Positions 13,001-27,264 of a stretch of DNA of 64,000 bases are shown here, piece by piece. Under the pieces are notes generated by a model. The model was not told where the DNA came from and did no database searches. It saw only the letters and a program-made list of their open reading frames with translations. The position numbers were made by a program, and so were the translations under genes. The stretch covers positions 11,656,001 to 11,720,000 of the forward strand of contig OX597816.1 in assembly GCA_951406725.2 (NCBI GenBank), given 5' to 3'. Source of the DNA: Octopus vulgaris (taxonomy: Eukaryota). The first letter of the stretch is position 1, and each line of letters begins with the position of its first letter.

Positions 13001-14629
13001 ACTTTCATTCAATAGTCTGAGAAGCATAAATCATTTATTTGTCATCTTATGGCAGGTTCCATGACGCCTTCCTCAGTCTTTTTATGCAATTGTCTTCTTC
13101 AAAACTGAAATAGTTATACCAAATATAATATATGAGAAACTGCGTTTGTGAATGATGAGAGAGCTGCACTTTAAACTATAGGCTACTTCTGGGTGTACAT
13201 TTGTATAATTGTGTGCACATGTTTTAATTAATGGACATATGTTGTTAACCATACGTAGTGGTATATGAAAATCTAATAAATTTCTTTCAAAAATCTAATT
13301 TGTCATGATGTCTGTGCCAAGTTATGACCCAACAGTCTAAAATAAAGTCAAATATTATTGCAGCATTGTTACATTGCATTATTGAATATAAAGTAACACA
13401 TTCATTTTTAATTAAAATCATTGCCAGGGTTATCGTGAAATACTCAAGTTCACTTTCTCATCTTGATAACATCTTTCCTGTGTCAAGGATTATGGCACCT
13501 TCCATTCTTAACACTGGATCAACAGCAGAACGTACTTTGTTCAAATTGTCTTTACAGGAATTGGAAAATGTAGGCACATAATTGTTTGAGAGTAATCATT
13601 TTTTAAATATTTAATTACTACAAAAGTTTTTTAAAATGGTTGAAAAATAGAAAAGAAAAAGAAAAAGAAATATCCAAAAGAAATTTAATGTTAGTCCTAC
13701 AAAAACAATCCGGAAAAAAAATCAATATCAAAATTCTAAGATTTCTTCGTTTTTCTTTAAATTCTAATCATGTCAGGGATTTTGAATTTCAATTTAATTC
13801 CAGTTATTTCATGCAATTCACGCGACATGAATCTGATAAAACCTTGTTTCTAAAACAACTGGAGAATCTTAATTTACTCAGATATTTATATTCCCAGGAA
13901 GCATCCTAACATCATAACTTTTAACTGAAATAGTTACAATTATGAAAAGCAAAAGCTAAAATTTGCCAAATGAATTCACTGCCTTACAAACTGGGTGACC
14001 CAAGAATATATTGGCAATTTCAAAAACACCTCAACGAAATTAGTACTACAAGATTTATAAAAGACTGATCTACTATGCTGCTTTGCTACAAGTTGGAGGC
14101 TGCTATAATCCTTAAGACAATGGTGAGAGATTATTGGTAGAATAGTAAATTATAATCTATTAATAGTGAATGTGTGGTAAGAAGCTTGTTTACCAACCAC
14201 ATGGTTTCGGGTTCAGTCTCACTACGTGGCACCTTGGGCAAGTGTCTTCTACTATAGCCTCGGGCTGACCAAAGCCTTGTGAGTGGATTTGGTAGACGGA
14301 AACTGAAAGAAGCCTATTGTACATATGTGTGTGTGTGTTTGTTCCCCCACCATTGCTTGACAACAGATGAAAGAAATGCTGCAACACATATTGCCTGATG
14401 CATTAATGAGTCTGCCAATCATTGCCATGGTTTCAAAATTTGGTTCATGGCTAGCAGTTTTAAGGGAGGGTGTTAGTCAAGGACATCGAACCTTGTGGTA
14501 CCCAATTGGTCCTATAGTATATCAACACAAAAGGGGATGAAAGGCAAAGACAACCTTGTCAGAATTTGAACTCACGATGTATAGATCCAGAAGTGCCACT
14601 TAGCATTTTGTCTGATGCTGTAACGATTC

Positions 14630-15046
14630 TTATTTCTTTATTGCCCACAAGGGGCTAAACACAAAGGGGACGAACAAGGGCAGACAAACGGATTAAGTCG
14701 ATTATATCGACTCCAGTGCGTAACTGGTACTTATTTAATCGACCCTGAAAGGATGAAAGGCAAAGTCGACCTCGGCAGAAGTTGAACTCAGAATGTAACG
14801 GCAGTCGAAATACCTATTTCTTTACTACCCACAAGGGGTTAAACACAGAGAGGACGAACAAGGGCAGGCAAACGGATTTAGTCGATTATATTGACCCCAG
14901 TGCATAACTGGTACTTATTTAATCGACCCCGAAAGGATGAAAGGCAAAGTCGACCTCGGCGGAATTTGAACTCAGAACATAGCAGCAGACGAAATACCGC
15001 GAAGCATTTCACCCGGCGTGCTAACGTTTCTGCCAGCTCGCCGCCT
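14630..15046 (-). mobile_element. Dimeric SINE family A
   Basis: Head GGCGGCGAGCTGGCAGAA on the minus strand at about 15046; two tandem Meta-like cores. Confidence 0.9.
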
Positions 15047-16003
15047 GATGCTGTAATGTTTCTGCCAGCATGATAGCTTTAAATGCAAAGATATTAAGAG
15101 CGAGAGACAAACATTCAGGATGTCTTAGAGTGAATATAAAATGAATTATCCACAAGACACTAAGTTAAAGCTTCAAAATTTCCTCCATAACAACAGATAA
15201 TTCTGAATTCATTTGATTATAACATTTGTGTAATTCACATTAAAAACCAATTTCTGTAAAAAGCAAACCTCAAAAAATTATTTAAGATAAAATTTCAAGA
15301 ATTACACTTTATAAACTTCTTCTCAGTGAATATTTCAACTTGAGACGTTTTCGATGATTTTTCTCTCTACATAGAATTCGGTTTTAGATGCAAGACTAGT
15401 TCCGAAATGTCAGTGAAAATAAAATGCGTAATTCATCAAAATCTGATAATGATTTTCTCATTGAAGTCTGTTTGAGTATTATTATTATTACTAGTAACAG
15501 GAATTAATCACGAATCAAGCTTTGTGTTTACGTTGTTACTTGGTAAACTTTGGGTCTCCAAACGTTAATTAAGTGAGAAGCTGGGTTCAGTCACGCATAC
15601 AAGGTAATGGTTTCTTTCTGTAATCTCATTGATGTAAACAACAAGATGTTTTGACATCTTTAACAAATTATACTCAAATTTGCATTGATATTCATTTATA
15701 AATAACAAGAAAAATATTTTTTTTAAAAATCAATCTTCATCCAAACATTAGTTTGAAAAATCTAGAGTGATATACATACTACATAATTTTATAGACCTCA
15801 CTAAGGTTGGTGCCTTGAAAAAATAGGGGGGGAAATCCACCCTGTACCCTTTGTTAGTGTATGAAGGCCATCCAGCAATAGAAACCACAGCAAAATTGAG
15901 ATTATAAGATGATATAGTCCTTGAACTCAGTGAATCCTGTCAAAGCAGCTAATATTTTCCAGCATGGAAGATGGATGTTAAAGGCATATATTATATGTTT
16001 ATG

Positions 16004-16222
16004 GAGGTGAGCTGGCAGAATCGTTAGCACGCCGGGCGAAATGCGTATCTGTATTTCATCTGCCGTTACGTTTTGAGTTCAAATCCCACTTTGCCTTTCA
16101 TCCTTTCAGGGTCGATAAATTAAGTATCTGTTACGCCCTGGGGTCGATGTAATTGACTTAATCTGTTTGTCTGTTCTAGTTTATCCCCTCTATGTTTGGC
16201 CCCTTGTGGGTAATAAAGAAAG
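16004..16222 (+). mobile_element. SINE family A monomer
   Basis: ggtgagctggcagaatcgttagcacgccggg...gagttcaaatcc; atatattatatgtttatg is duplicated on both flanks. Confidence 0.9.
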
Positions 16223-16576
16223 ATATATTATATGTTTATGCTTCATATGAGGAAAGCGGATATTAGCGGAGTAAAAAAAATTAACTCTAAGAATTAAAGT
16301 AGATAGCAGATCCAGCTTATCCACATTTTATCTTTTATTATATAACCCCCATGCCAGCTAAATCAAGCGGGCTATTAGTCAAAGGTGTCTGGCTGTGACT
16401 GGCTGAAAATATTTTGTCAATCAGAGAATAACATAATCAAAAATACCCTGAAATTATCACCAATTCAAACTGTTTTAAAGTTATTGAAATTAAATCCCCC
16501 CATTAAAATTTCATGCTAATATATATTTCAAGCACAAGCTTAATAATGGCAAAGTTATTTTACTAAATTTAACATA

Positions 16577-16731
16577 GGCGCTGGAGTGGCTGTATGGTGA
16601 TCACTTGGTTCCGGGTTCATTCCCACTGTGTGGCACCTTGGGCAAGTGTCTTCTACTATAGCCTCGGACCGACCAAAGCCTTGTGAGTGGATTTGGTAGA
16701 TGGAAACTGAAAGAAGCCTGTTGTATATATG

Positions 16732-16775
<44 letters not shown>

Positions 16776-16978
16776 TGTGTCTGTGTTTGTTCCCCCAACA
16801 TTGCTTGACAACCGATGTTGGTGTGTTTACATCCCTGTAACTTAGCAGTTCAGCAAAAGAGACCAATAGAATAAGTACTAGGCTTACAAAGAATAAGTCC
16901 TGGTGTCGATTTGCTCGACTAAAGGCAGTGCTCCAGCATGGCCGCAGTCAAATGACTGAAACAAGTAAAAGAATAAAA
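16577..16978 (+). mobile_element. SINE family B (CORE-like GGCACCTTGGGCAAGTG, internal TA/TG repeat)
   Basis: Same family as 22081, 32362, 33798 and 48216; tail gactgaaacaagtaaaaga. Confidence 0.9.
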
Positions 16979-17449
16979 GCGCATTCTTTTCAAAATTAAA
17001 TAAAACATAAACAGTGTATTTAAACAGATATATATAGTAACAAAAGGGTTAAGTCCCTAATATGTGACTTGAGGGAGATTTAGCTATCATTTCTACAAGT
17101 ATACCAAATGTATAGAGGTTTCATTGTTGGTTAGCATAGAGTTTACCTAATTACTCTATGATGCTAGCTAAACTAAACAATTAGAAATACCTGGTTATTT
17201 ACATTTTGCCTTCAGTTTTAACTAATTTTATCAAAGAAAATATATGAAGATGAGTTATCAAGCCATTATTTACTCTTTACAGTAAATGATGTATAGGCAA
17301 GACTCGCACTTATTTGGCAAGAAAGGCCATAAAAAGTTACAATAATCTAATTTCCATAAACTTATTCATCAACTTCATAAAGTAATTTCCATAAACTTAA
17401 TTGTCAGTCAGCATAGAGAATTATAAATTAGGAGTGAAATATTAAAAAC

Positions 17450-19100
17450 GTTACAGGGTAATAATGTGGAGGTAAAGATACACGAGATGTCGGAGTAGCT
17501 AATTGATAATAATGAATGTTGGTGTAATTTTTAAACATGCGACAAGGGGGAATGAGAGTTCGATAGCTGGTCGGGTCAGAGAGATTGCTCTTGTTCAGAA
17601 TGGTACAGGTTTTGAAATATTTTGGATATGGTACCCTTGAGAAATAAAAATATTGAAGAACCTGATGAAGATAAATCCTAGATCTGTATGAGGGTAATAA
17701 AAGAAAGATATCAGAATTGATGGCTTCGTTGGGTTGGAAAAACCGAAAGTGTTTCGAACTTGGTGTGTATCCATAGTCATGAAATGGTGGAGTGGAGGAG
17801 GAAAGTTTTATTGGAATTTATCGAGTGTACAATGTGAAACTTGACTCAAGTGAAGCTGTGCTGTATCTGCCCTATGAGCCCTTTAGCTAATGGATGGTGA
17901 TTGGAGCATTCTACAAAGTTGGGTTAGATTGTTACGACAAGAGTCCTAATGGAATACCTGCAATTTGGGAAGTGGGAGACGTTACAGTCCACATGGGGTA
18001 CAATGGTGCATTACTAGGGAAATGGTTACCCTGTCAGCAATTTTTCTATGTGTTGTATAACCGCTCTTTACCAGCATTGTTACAGCACATGGGCATGAAA
18101 CATTTGAATAGTTTGGGTTATGTGTTTTGAAGACACATTCTTGAGGTAATGATTTCGGTGAGCTGGCAGAAATGTTAGCGCGCTGGGCGAAATGCTTAGT
18201 CGTATTTCGCCTGCCGTTACGTTCTGAGTTCAAATTCCACTGAGGTCGACTTTGCCTTTCATGCTTTCGGGGTCGATTAAATAAGTACCAGTTACGCACT
18301 GGGGTCAATACTATTGACTTAATCCGTTTGTCTGTCCTTGTTTGTCCTCTTTGTGCTTAGCCCCTTGTGGGTAGTAAAGAAATAGGTATTTCATCTGTCT
18401 TCTCGTTTGAGTTCAAATTCCACCGAGGTCGACTTTGCCTTTCATCCTTTCGGGGTCGATTAAATAAGTACCAGTTACGCACTGGGGTCGATATAATCGA
18501 CTTAATCTGTTTGTCTGTTCTTGTTTGTCCTCTCTTTGTTTAGCCCCTTGTGGGTAGTAAAGAAATAGGTAATGATTTCGGTCAACATCCATCTTAGACA
18601 AGTCTGCGAGAAGCAAATATGCTGTCAATGATACATTGGAGAAAACACGAGGAGCTCAAAATTAACTGGCTTAAAGTGAGCCAGAGTTCTGGAGCATGTG
18701 GTCAGCACTGTATGTCGATGATCATAGACGGCCATGATTTGATAGTTGTCAGACATTCTGAGATTTAGCATTTTGGGTATGTGTGTGCGAATTAATTAAG
18801 AAAATAATTGTTGTAGAGAGTTTAGGATTGCAAAATATTCAGTCTCTTCATTGGTACTGGTTGCTGAGTACAAGAACCAATTAGAGTTTTAACTGACAGA
18901 GTGACAGAGGGCTATGAATTCAAAATGGGTTGAAGTAAGGGTTAATGTCCTTGATCCTGAAAAAGGGATGATCGCACAATTGTTCGGTATTGGTGGAGTT
19001 CAGAAGAGACGTAAAAATAAAGGAAAATGGCTTTGAGTCAGAGCAACAGAAATTCTGTGTTGCTGACACATAGTTGAATGGTGGACAAGGCCATCCCAGC
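17450..19100 (-). mobile_element. Highly decayed non-LTR LINE (CR1/Jockey-like) interrupted by a SINE
   Basis: Minus frame near 17530-17620 reads TILNKSNLSDPTSYRT, resembling the RT N-terminal motif P.K....D..NYRPI. Confidence 0.5.
18157..18566 (+). mobile_element. Dimeric SINE family A
   Basis: 16-bp TSD aggtaatgatttcggt at 18144-18159 and 18567-18582. Confidence 0.9.
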
Positions 19101-19139
19101 AGCATTATAGATCCCCAATTAAATCAACGCAATCAGCGC

Positions 19140-19283
19140 TATAATGCTTACATGCTCTTAACCACTATGCCATATGGAAGGTATATCAGCTGAAAAATTG
19201 TGTTAACAGCAAACAAGATGAGAACAAATATCCGTCAAATGTATATAATGTACATAATTCCTCATCTCTTAAATATAGAACTG
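19140..19283. mobile_element. Rearranged family F copy (inverted head joined to forward tail)
   Basis: Reverse-complement head atatggcatagtggttaagagc abuts the forward tail tatatcagctgaaa...aaacaagatgag...aaatatagaactg. Confidence 0.65.
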
Positions 19284-19574
19284 AAATGGAAATAGTTCAA
19301 TTAAGTAACAGCCTTAAAGCACTGCAAACTGAGAGATTGGAGACCTTGTCACCTGTTGCGTGCACAATGGTGACTTCTGGTTTATGGATGGTTATCATGG
19401 GTAGTTGCCAGCCGATTAGTAGATCCTTCATAGGTTACAGACCACATTCCACCTATACTCTTTATTGCAGTGTTAGTCACAGTTTCAGAAGATCGTGCTT
19501 TTTCTGTCTCTGTACGTAAAAACTACATTTCTCTCTATCACATGGATCAACCAAAATATATATAAGACAGTTAT

Positions 19575-19905
19575 TCTTTACTTGTTTCAACCATTAGACT
19601 GTGGCCACGCTGGGGCACTGCATTGAAGAATTCTTGTCAAACAAATTAACCCCAGTACTTATATTTTGTAAAACCTTGGAACTTATTCTATCGCTCACTT
19701 TTGCCGAACTGCTATGTCACAGGGGCATAAACACACACACACACACACACAATGTGATTCTTTCAGTTTTCGTCTACCTAATCCACTCACAAGGCTTCGG
19801 TTGGCCCAAGCATATAGAAGATAATTGGCCAAGGTTCCACACAGTGGGACTGAACTCGGAACCATGTGACCATGAAGCAAACTTCTTACCACACACACCT
19901 GCACC
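19575..19905 (-). mobile_element. SINE family B, degenerate
   Basis: Reverse complement of family B motifs. Confidence 0.75.
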
Positions 19906-20489
19906 TATACTATATGTAATGCTTACAATGCTGTATCGTTTCAGCATATAAAATGATTTTATCTTGAATGCCTTTTACATTGTAACAAAACAATAATAAT
20001 AATAATGATAATAATAATGATATTAGAACTATTTAAATATGTGAACATTTACACAATTATATTGAAAATCAACACGATCTATAGTAGAAAATATGATACT
20101 AAATATCTGATTCCTCCATATGAGGTTTCGTATGCTTCTCACGTTCATCAGCGGAGATGAAAACATTTAAACCCCTGTCTCCTTTCGACTATCTACAGTT
20201 GTTTCAAATATTGTAAGTTACATAGAAAGAGGATAAATAAAGTGACGTTTCCTACTTTAAAGCGACAAAATTAAATACATCTAAAATATTGACTAATACA
20301 GTGTATTTTCAATTTTCATTGTGGTAAATAAAAGTGTTCACCTTTTTTGAGTGAAGCGGTTGCTAAGTATTCTAGCTGTATTATGTTAATATATCCTATA
20401 TAATGTTCTTTCTTTACGCAATATAAAGATTACTTTTGTCACGAAAGTGTGCAATATGGCAACACTACAGAGATGCTATAAATACATTG

Positions 20490-21002
20490 TGTGAGTATGT
20501 GTGTCTATATATATATATATATATATAACCATGCACAAATATGTATAAACACTCATACATCAACATACAGACTGACATTATATATGTATGTGTATATATA
20601 TGTACATGTGCATATATATACGTATGTATATATGTGTATGTGTGTGTATATAATGTGTGTATATATATGTGTGTATATATGTATGTGTGTATATATATGT
20701 ATGTATATATATGTATATGTGTGTGTATATATATATATATATGTATATATGTGTGGGTATATGTGCTTGTGTGTATATGTGGTAATGTGTATATATATGT
20801 ATGTGTATATATATCTGTATGTGTATATACGTGTGCATATATATATGTGTATGTGTATGTGTATATGTGCGTGTATATGTGTGTGTTTATATGCATGTGT
20901 GTCTATGTATGTATACGTGTGTGTATATGTATGTGCGTATATGTGTGTGTGTGTATATGTATGTGTGTATATTGTGTGTGTGTGTGTGATGTGTGTGTAT
21001 AT
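20490..21002. repeat. Compound TG/TA microsatellite
   Basis: Directly visible. Confidence 0.95.
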
Positions 21003-21364
21003 ACTGTTTGTTTGTCAACTTTCAATTACTGCGATGGAAAATATACTTAAAAACTTAATGATATGAAAGGAACTCATAAGAAAACTGAAAAATGTCGTGT
21101 TTATCAGAGAAGTAAGACAAGGAGAAATTGATGTAGAAAGGGCAAAAAAATATATAAGGTTAAATTGAATTTTGTTTCTAAGATAAATATTATTCAAATA
21201 TAAGAATTATTTACATCATCAGTCGGAATTGTTAAAATTTTCAGGAAATTGAATGAGGATTACAGAGAAAAGAAGTCTGTGTCATTTGGGAGGAACGTCA
21301 GGATTTGATTGAACAAGCCATGAAATTGGGGCCATTCTTTTTTTTATCATACTGTTTCGCGTTA

Positions 21365-21759
21365 TCTCTCTATATATAAAGCTGAAGTTGTCTGTCTGTG
21401 TATGGCAGGTTTGATAGCCTTCAACTAACACTATCTCCTCCGAGACCCTGCAGCGCAAGTTGACCAAAATTGAGAGTATGATAGAAGAAGGCTTGCTCTT
21501 CCTTCAATAGAAGAAAAAATTCAAATCGGACCATGTTAACACCAAAAATTATTTACATCAAAAAGGTGCTTTTTTTCTATGAAAATCCCTATTATTTACG
21601 ATTTTTTGACTGCTGTGTCGCCATTTTCGGTGTATTTCAACCAGAAAAATGTTTACTTAAAGAGAATAACAAGCTACGTAATGCAAAATTTTTACTTTTC
21701 GAAAATTCCAATTTTAAAGGGTCGAAACAAACCTGAGCAACGCCGGGAGATACTGCTAG
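21365..21759 (+). mobile_element. Non-autonomous Helitron
   Basis: 5' TC, 3' hairpin cctgagcaacgccggg followed by CTAG, inserted between A and T with no TSD. Confidence 0.85.
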
Positions 21760-21984
21760 TTAGTCAATAAAAGCATAATATATGAAGAAAATTCAGATTT
21801 ATGGCTGTTAGAAATAATCCCTATTTATCTACAAAATAATAAACAATCATGATTTATACAACAAAATCTAGGAGAGAAGAGAAACTAGTAATAAAATTAA
21901 AGTTGCATGTTGTGTAAATGAAGAAACACATTAATCTAACTAAAACACAAAATCCACCCCCTAATATATCAGTTTAAGTGCAGC

Positions 21985-22015
<31 letters not shown>

Positions 22016-22080
22016 TTTTATGTTGAGTCATAATAAAAACAATATTGAATTGAAGACTTTTTTTTTATAGTTTTTTTTTT

Positions 22081-22500
22081 GTAGCTGTGTGGTAAGTAGC
22101 TTGCTTACGAACCACATGGTTCTGGGTTCAGTCCCACTGCTTGGCACCTTGGGCAAGTGTCTTCAACTATAGCCTTGGGCCGACCAAAGCCTTGTGAGTG
22201 GATTTGGTAGACAGAAACTGAAAAAAGCCCGTTGTATGTATATATATATATGTGTGTGTGTATGTATGTATGCGTGTGTGTGTGTGTGTATGTTTGTGTG
22301 TCTGTCTGCCAACATCGCTTGATAACCGATGCTGGTGTGTTTACGTCCCCGTAACTTAGCGGTTCAACAAAAGACAGCGATAGAATAAGTACTAGGCTTA
22401 TAAAGAATAAGCTCTGGGGTCGATTTGCTCGACTAAAGGTGGTGCTCCGGCATGGCCACAGTCAAATGACTGAAACAAGTAAAAGAGTAAAGAGGAAAAG
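22081..22500 (+). mobile_element. SINE family B
   Basis: Full body and tail. Confidence 0.9.
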
Positions 22501-23218
22501 AGTATTACACAAATGAATTAAACCTCTACAAGAAGAATGGTGACAGTGACTTCGAATATTCAGCCTACTGGCCTTCTTTGGACTTTCTGGCGAATGTTAG
22601 CTATCCGAAATTTCAAAATCACTGTCACTCTTCTAGTAAAAGCATTTATTTTACATACATATCTTGTGTCAGCAGAGGGTCATTATGCCAATGACACACA
22701 CACAGGTTCAATATCACTTCATTGCTAGACAATTGGTTAAATATCTAATCAATCATTTAATCGCTTGTTTGTTTAATGTGCTGGTTAAAAATCAATCGGT
22801 TGTTTGTTATTCAAAGTCCTTTCTTCGCTATTCACCGCCTCTTCAAGGATTTATCTCTCTTCAAAATCTGCCCTAAGTCTGTCCAAGAAGTAGTCTTATG
22901 CCTTTGTGTATGTATGCCTGCATGTGTGTATGTAGACGAGTTTGCTTAGAAGAGAAGATAAAGGTGGGAGTAAATGAGGTGTTTGTGTGTGAGTGTGTGC
23001 ACACCTGTGCAAGTGCTTGTGTGCGTGTATGCATTAGCATTAGCTATCCGTGAACTCTTTAAGGGTTCAACCTTTTGTTCAAGGTCAGTTTGGGCTTAGA
23101 TCTGCTGGGATTAGCTTGTCACCCTGTAAAGATTTATGGAAATAGTTCCTAGTGGGATGCATGGATGGATGGATGGAGATAGGTAAATAGATAGGTAGGT
23201 AGATAGGTAGGTAGAAAG

Positions 23219-23450
23219 GTGGTGAGCTGGAAGAAACGTTAGCATGCTGAGTGAAATGCCTAGCAGCATTTCGTCTGTCTTTATGTTCTGAGTTCAAATT
23301 CTGCCGAGGATGACTTTGCCTTTCATCCTTCCGGGGTCGATTAAATAAGTACCAGTTATACACTGGGGTCGATATAATCGACTTAATCCGTTTGTCTATC
23401 CTTGTTTGTCCACTCTGTGTTTAGCCCTTTGTGGGCAGTAAAGACATAAG
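23219..23450 (+). mobile_element. SINE family A
   Basis: tRNA-like head and Meta-like core. Confidence 0.85.
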
Positions 23451-23484
23451 ATAGGTAGGTACATACACACAATGAGAGAGAGAT

Positions 23485-23840
23485 AACTCTTTTACTTGTT
23501 TCAGTCATTTGACTATGGTCATGCTGGAACACCGCCTTTAGTCGAGCAAATCGACCCCAGGACTTATTCTTTGTAAGCCTAGTACTTATTATATTGGTCT
23601 CTTTTGCCGAACCGCCAAGTTACGGTGACGTAAACACACCAGCATCGGTTGTCAAGCGATGTTGGGGGGAGGGGACAAACACAGACACACAAACATACAC
23701 GCACATATACATATATACGACGGGCTTTTTTCAGTTTCCGTCTACCAAATCCACTCACAAGGCTTTGGTCGGCCCGAGGCTATAGTAGAAGACACTTGCC
23801 CAATGTGCCACGCAGTGGGAATGAACTCGGAACCATGCTA
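23485..23840 (-). mobile_element. SINE family B
   Basis: Reverse complement of family B. Confidence 0.85.
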
Positions 23841-25245
23841 CTTAACACACATGCATGAATACACATAATTGATATTTATTTTCATGTCAAACGGGGTAAG
23901 AGTTAATGTTTCTCTTCTAACATATTACTTATGTTACCATTCAAAAGAATTAAAGAAGTCCCTAATTGTATCTTTTATAAAAATGTTCATATGAAAAGAA
24001 GAACTTTTTTTTTTGCTTTGCAACATTATGTCATAATGTTCTTTTAGCATTCTATATTCCTAGATTATGTTGAAAGCTTTCTTTTTTTTTTGTCTAAATC
24101 AAAGAATCAAATTCAGCATGTTCTGCCATTTTTTAAAGAAAAAAAAAAGACCTCTTTTATAAATGTTTCCAAACGAATTACAATAAACTTCCAAAATAAA
24201 AGCAACTACGAATTTAAGATGTCATTATTGAACATTTTCTCTTGTTTATAGTATTTTTAAAATACATTTATTATGTAAATAAGAAACGTAGTATAATACA
24301 ATATAATGAACACCACTCAAGTTACTGCCCAATGTGCAATAAACAATTTCAACTAAGAAAAAGAGCATTTAAAAGTGAAAGTAGAATAAATACGATCACA
24401 AACAGAAAATAATGTGAATTGACAATCATGAAAGCATTGGACTAAATGCTTTGCGGTATTTCTTTTCATTCACCATTTTACGTTCTAAGTTCAAATCCTG
24501 CCTATCTCTGTACACTTCCATTTTTCATCAGCTCAATTTCAAGTCTCTTTTCTCTCTCGAATGATGAGCCATGTCAAGAAGTATATTCCATTTACCATGA
24601 CAATGTAGCAAGTCTGTGCTCTAAATTGAGCCTGGATTTATTTTTCAATTAGATGAATTTAGTAAACTCTAATGCAGTATGTTTCAAATTGAGTGATGAC
24701 GTCCTAAAAAAAACTAAGACATTGACACCCAAGAACTGGTTATCAAATTGCTTGAATGACCTCAGCAAAAATCTGACCAATTATTTTCTTTCTAAACAAG
24801 TAGGAATGTTTAAAATCTTCCAAATAATTTGTGGATGTGATTGGTCAATATAAACTTATCCAATCACACTTCTTGTTGGCAGCCAAGAATAGTTGATACA
24901 AAGTAGATAGTTTTGAACAGCAACCGGAGACCTGCAACCAACGAAAAATCCGGGAGGCAAGATAAGATTGACAAGATAATCGAAGCTGAAAGATAGTCAA
25001 CAATGCATGGCTGCAAACGAAATTCTTTTACCATGTGAATAACTTCAACTGATTCTGTTTTCATAACCTGGCTGCCAGCAAAATATGTTTCCTAACACTA
25101 GCTAACTATTTCAGTAAATCAACATTGATCACCGTACCAAAAAATTTCCCTTTCTCTAAATCATACAGATACAGGACATTGTAAAATGAATGCTGCCTTT
25201 CTATTATTCCTCTTTTCTCTACCACATCATTACATCTGGTATGTA

Positions 25246-26146
25246 CAGCAAACCTTTGACTATCCAAGATACTACATTCCAAAACCTCCCACGATAGATG
25301 AAATTCCACAAAGTAGAAACAGTACTGTACTGTATATATTTTTTAGCATTTTTCTAATTTGTATCTGTTTACTCTTTTACTTGTTTCAGTAGTTAGACTG
25401 TGGCCATGCTGGAGCACTGCCTTTAGTCGAGCATATCGACCCCAGGACTTATTCTTTGTAAGCCTAGTACTTATTCTATTGGTCTCTTTTGCCGAACCGC
25501 TAAGTTACGGGAACATAAACACACCACTGTCGGTTGTCAATCGATGTTGGGTGAGGGGAACACAAACATATATATATATATACACGACAGGGTTCTTTCA
25601 GTTTCCATCTACCAAATTCACTCACAAGGCTTTGGTCGGCCAGAGGCCATAGTAGAAGACACTTGCCCAAGGTTCCACGCAGTGGGACTGAAACCGGAAC
25701 CATGTGGTTGGTAAGCAAGCTACTTACCACACAGCCACTCCTACGCCTATATATTTATTTTGTTATAAATGCAAAACAACACCACACCCTCGCCTCCCGA
25801 GTTTCGTTTTCCCATACAGCATGTGTAATTCTTTGTTTACTCATCTACGGTACTCTACGTATTTTCTTTTGATATATTCTAATTAATGTTTTATACAGTG
25901 CAGTACTCTACTCTATTTTGATTTATTAATTTATTAATTTTTAAGTATGAAAATGCTTATTTTACCACAGAAATAATTAAAATCTAAACAAATATAAAAA
26001 CCTATCGGCCGCAGAAACCCAGAATATACAGAGGAGTCCACGGTATACTGTGGAGTCTGTGATATAAATTTACATATCTTAGTACATCACAGATTTTTCT
26101 GGCTGAGTGCACAATAGGTGAACTGCGATATGGCGAGGGATTACTG
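25246..26146. mobile_element. Tigger/pogo-like MITE with a nested family B SINE (25368-25748, -)
   Basis: Right TIR (reverse complement) CAGTAATCCCTCGCCATATCGC, degenerate left TIR CAGCAAACCTTTGACTATCC, TA on both flanks. Confidence 0.65.
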
Positions 26147-26559
26147 TATTTCTAATGTAACCATAAATATATGAAGGATTAGCTTCGACTCATATTCATT
26201 GCATCAACTCTTCTGGCCCATATTCCTATTGCTATATCAGGAAATATATTTTTCCTTTCATTTTACAATGCATTTAACCTCTTACATTCTCGCTCCCAAA
26301 ATAATGGTAAATAAATCAGTTACCAGAAACATGGTATCGTGACCCGGACAAGTTTTTTAATTAATTTAATGTCGCAGGAATCAGTTACCAGCATTGTAAA
26401 AAGCAGCTGCAATAATTATAGTGTAAATGGAATTACACAGCCTTAATGTGGACAAACAAAATTAAGTCTCGGAGATCATATGTTCTAAAGGTCAGCAGCG
26501 CTGTGTTAGATTATTCAAAACAATCCTCAAAAGACAGGAAAAAGAGTGCAGTTCAGTTC

Positions 26560-27045
26560 CTTGTTGACAGATGACCAATTTGCACACATATGACTAACTA
26601 CTTTGAAATTTATATATATATGACTACTGTCCGGGCAACATCTGTATTCCTCCCTGTGCATGTTAAATCTTATGTCCCTGCCCTGCCGTAAGGCTTTACT
26701 TCCACACACGCCGGCTTAATTTAATTCGTCCTAGTCAAAAGACACCTGTTGTTATGTCCTGTTATTTGTACTTGTGTAATATTTCTGGGTTTTTTTCCGT
26801 CTTTGTTTTTGTATGTATTCACTGCTTTCTTCCAAGGAATGTAATGCTCTTAGCTTATTTTTCCTTAGGGCTGGCTAGATTGAGCAATCTCGAGTATAAC
26901 CAGCCGAAATTGCAAAGATAATCTGGAACTCGACTGAGGATAGAAAACTCCGAATGATCCGTCCTTCTTTTCTTTGTATCATCTGGATATTTTGTTTTAC
27001 CTAACTGTCTGGATATTTTGCGTTCTTGTCCCATTCTTGTATTTT
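26560..27045 (+). mobile_element. PLE-like terminal-repeat remnant
   Basis: T-rich tail ending in (TA)n; degenerate CTGAGGA...CCGAAT core near 26933-26955. Confidence 0.45.
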
Positions 27046-27060
27046 ATATATTTATATATA

Positions 27061-27211
27061 TCTCGGAGTTGTTGGCGTTAGGAAGGGCATCCAGCTGTAG
27101 AGCCTCTGCCAGATCAGATTGGAGCCTTGTGCAGCCATCTGGTTTGCCAGACCTAAGTCGAATCGTCCAACCCATGCTAGCATGGAAAGCAGACGATGAT
27201 GATAATGATGA

Positions 27212-27215
<4 letters not shown>
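27061..27215 (+). mobile_element. SINE family C
   Basis: Family C body and (GAT)n tail. Confidence 0.85.

Positions 27216-27264
<49 letters not shown>

Noticed and set aside
22527-22640. Hairpin (gtgacagtga/tcactgtcac) as a pre-miRNA
   Set aside because: Only about 10 bp pair cleanly, the interior pairs poorly and it matches no miRNA I recognise.
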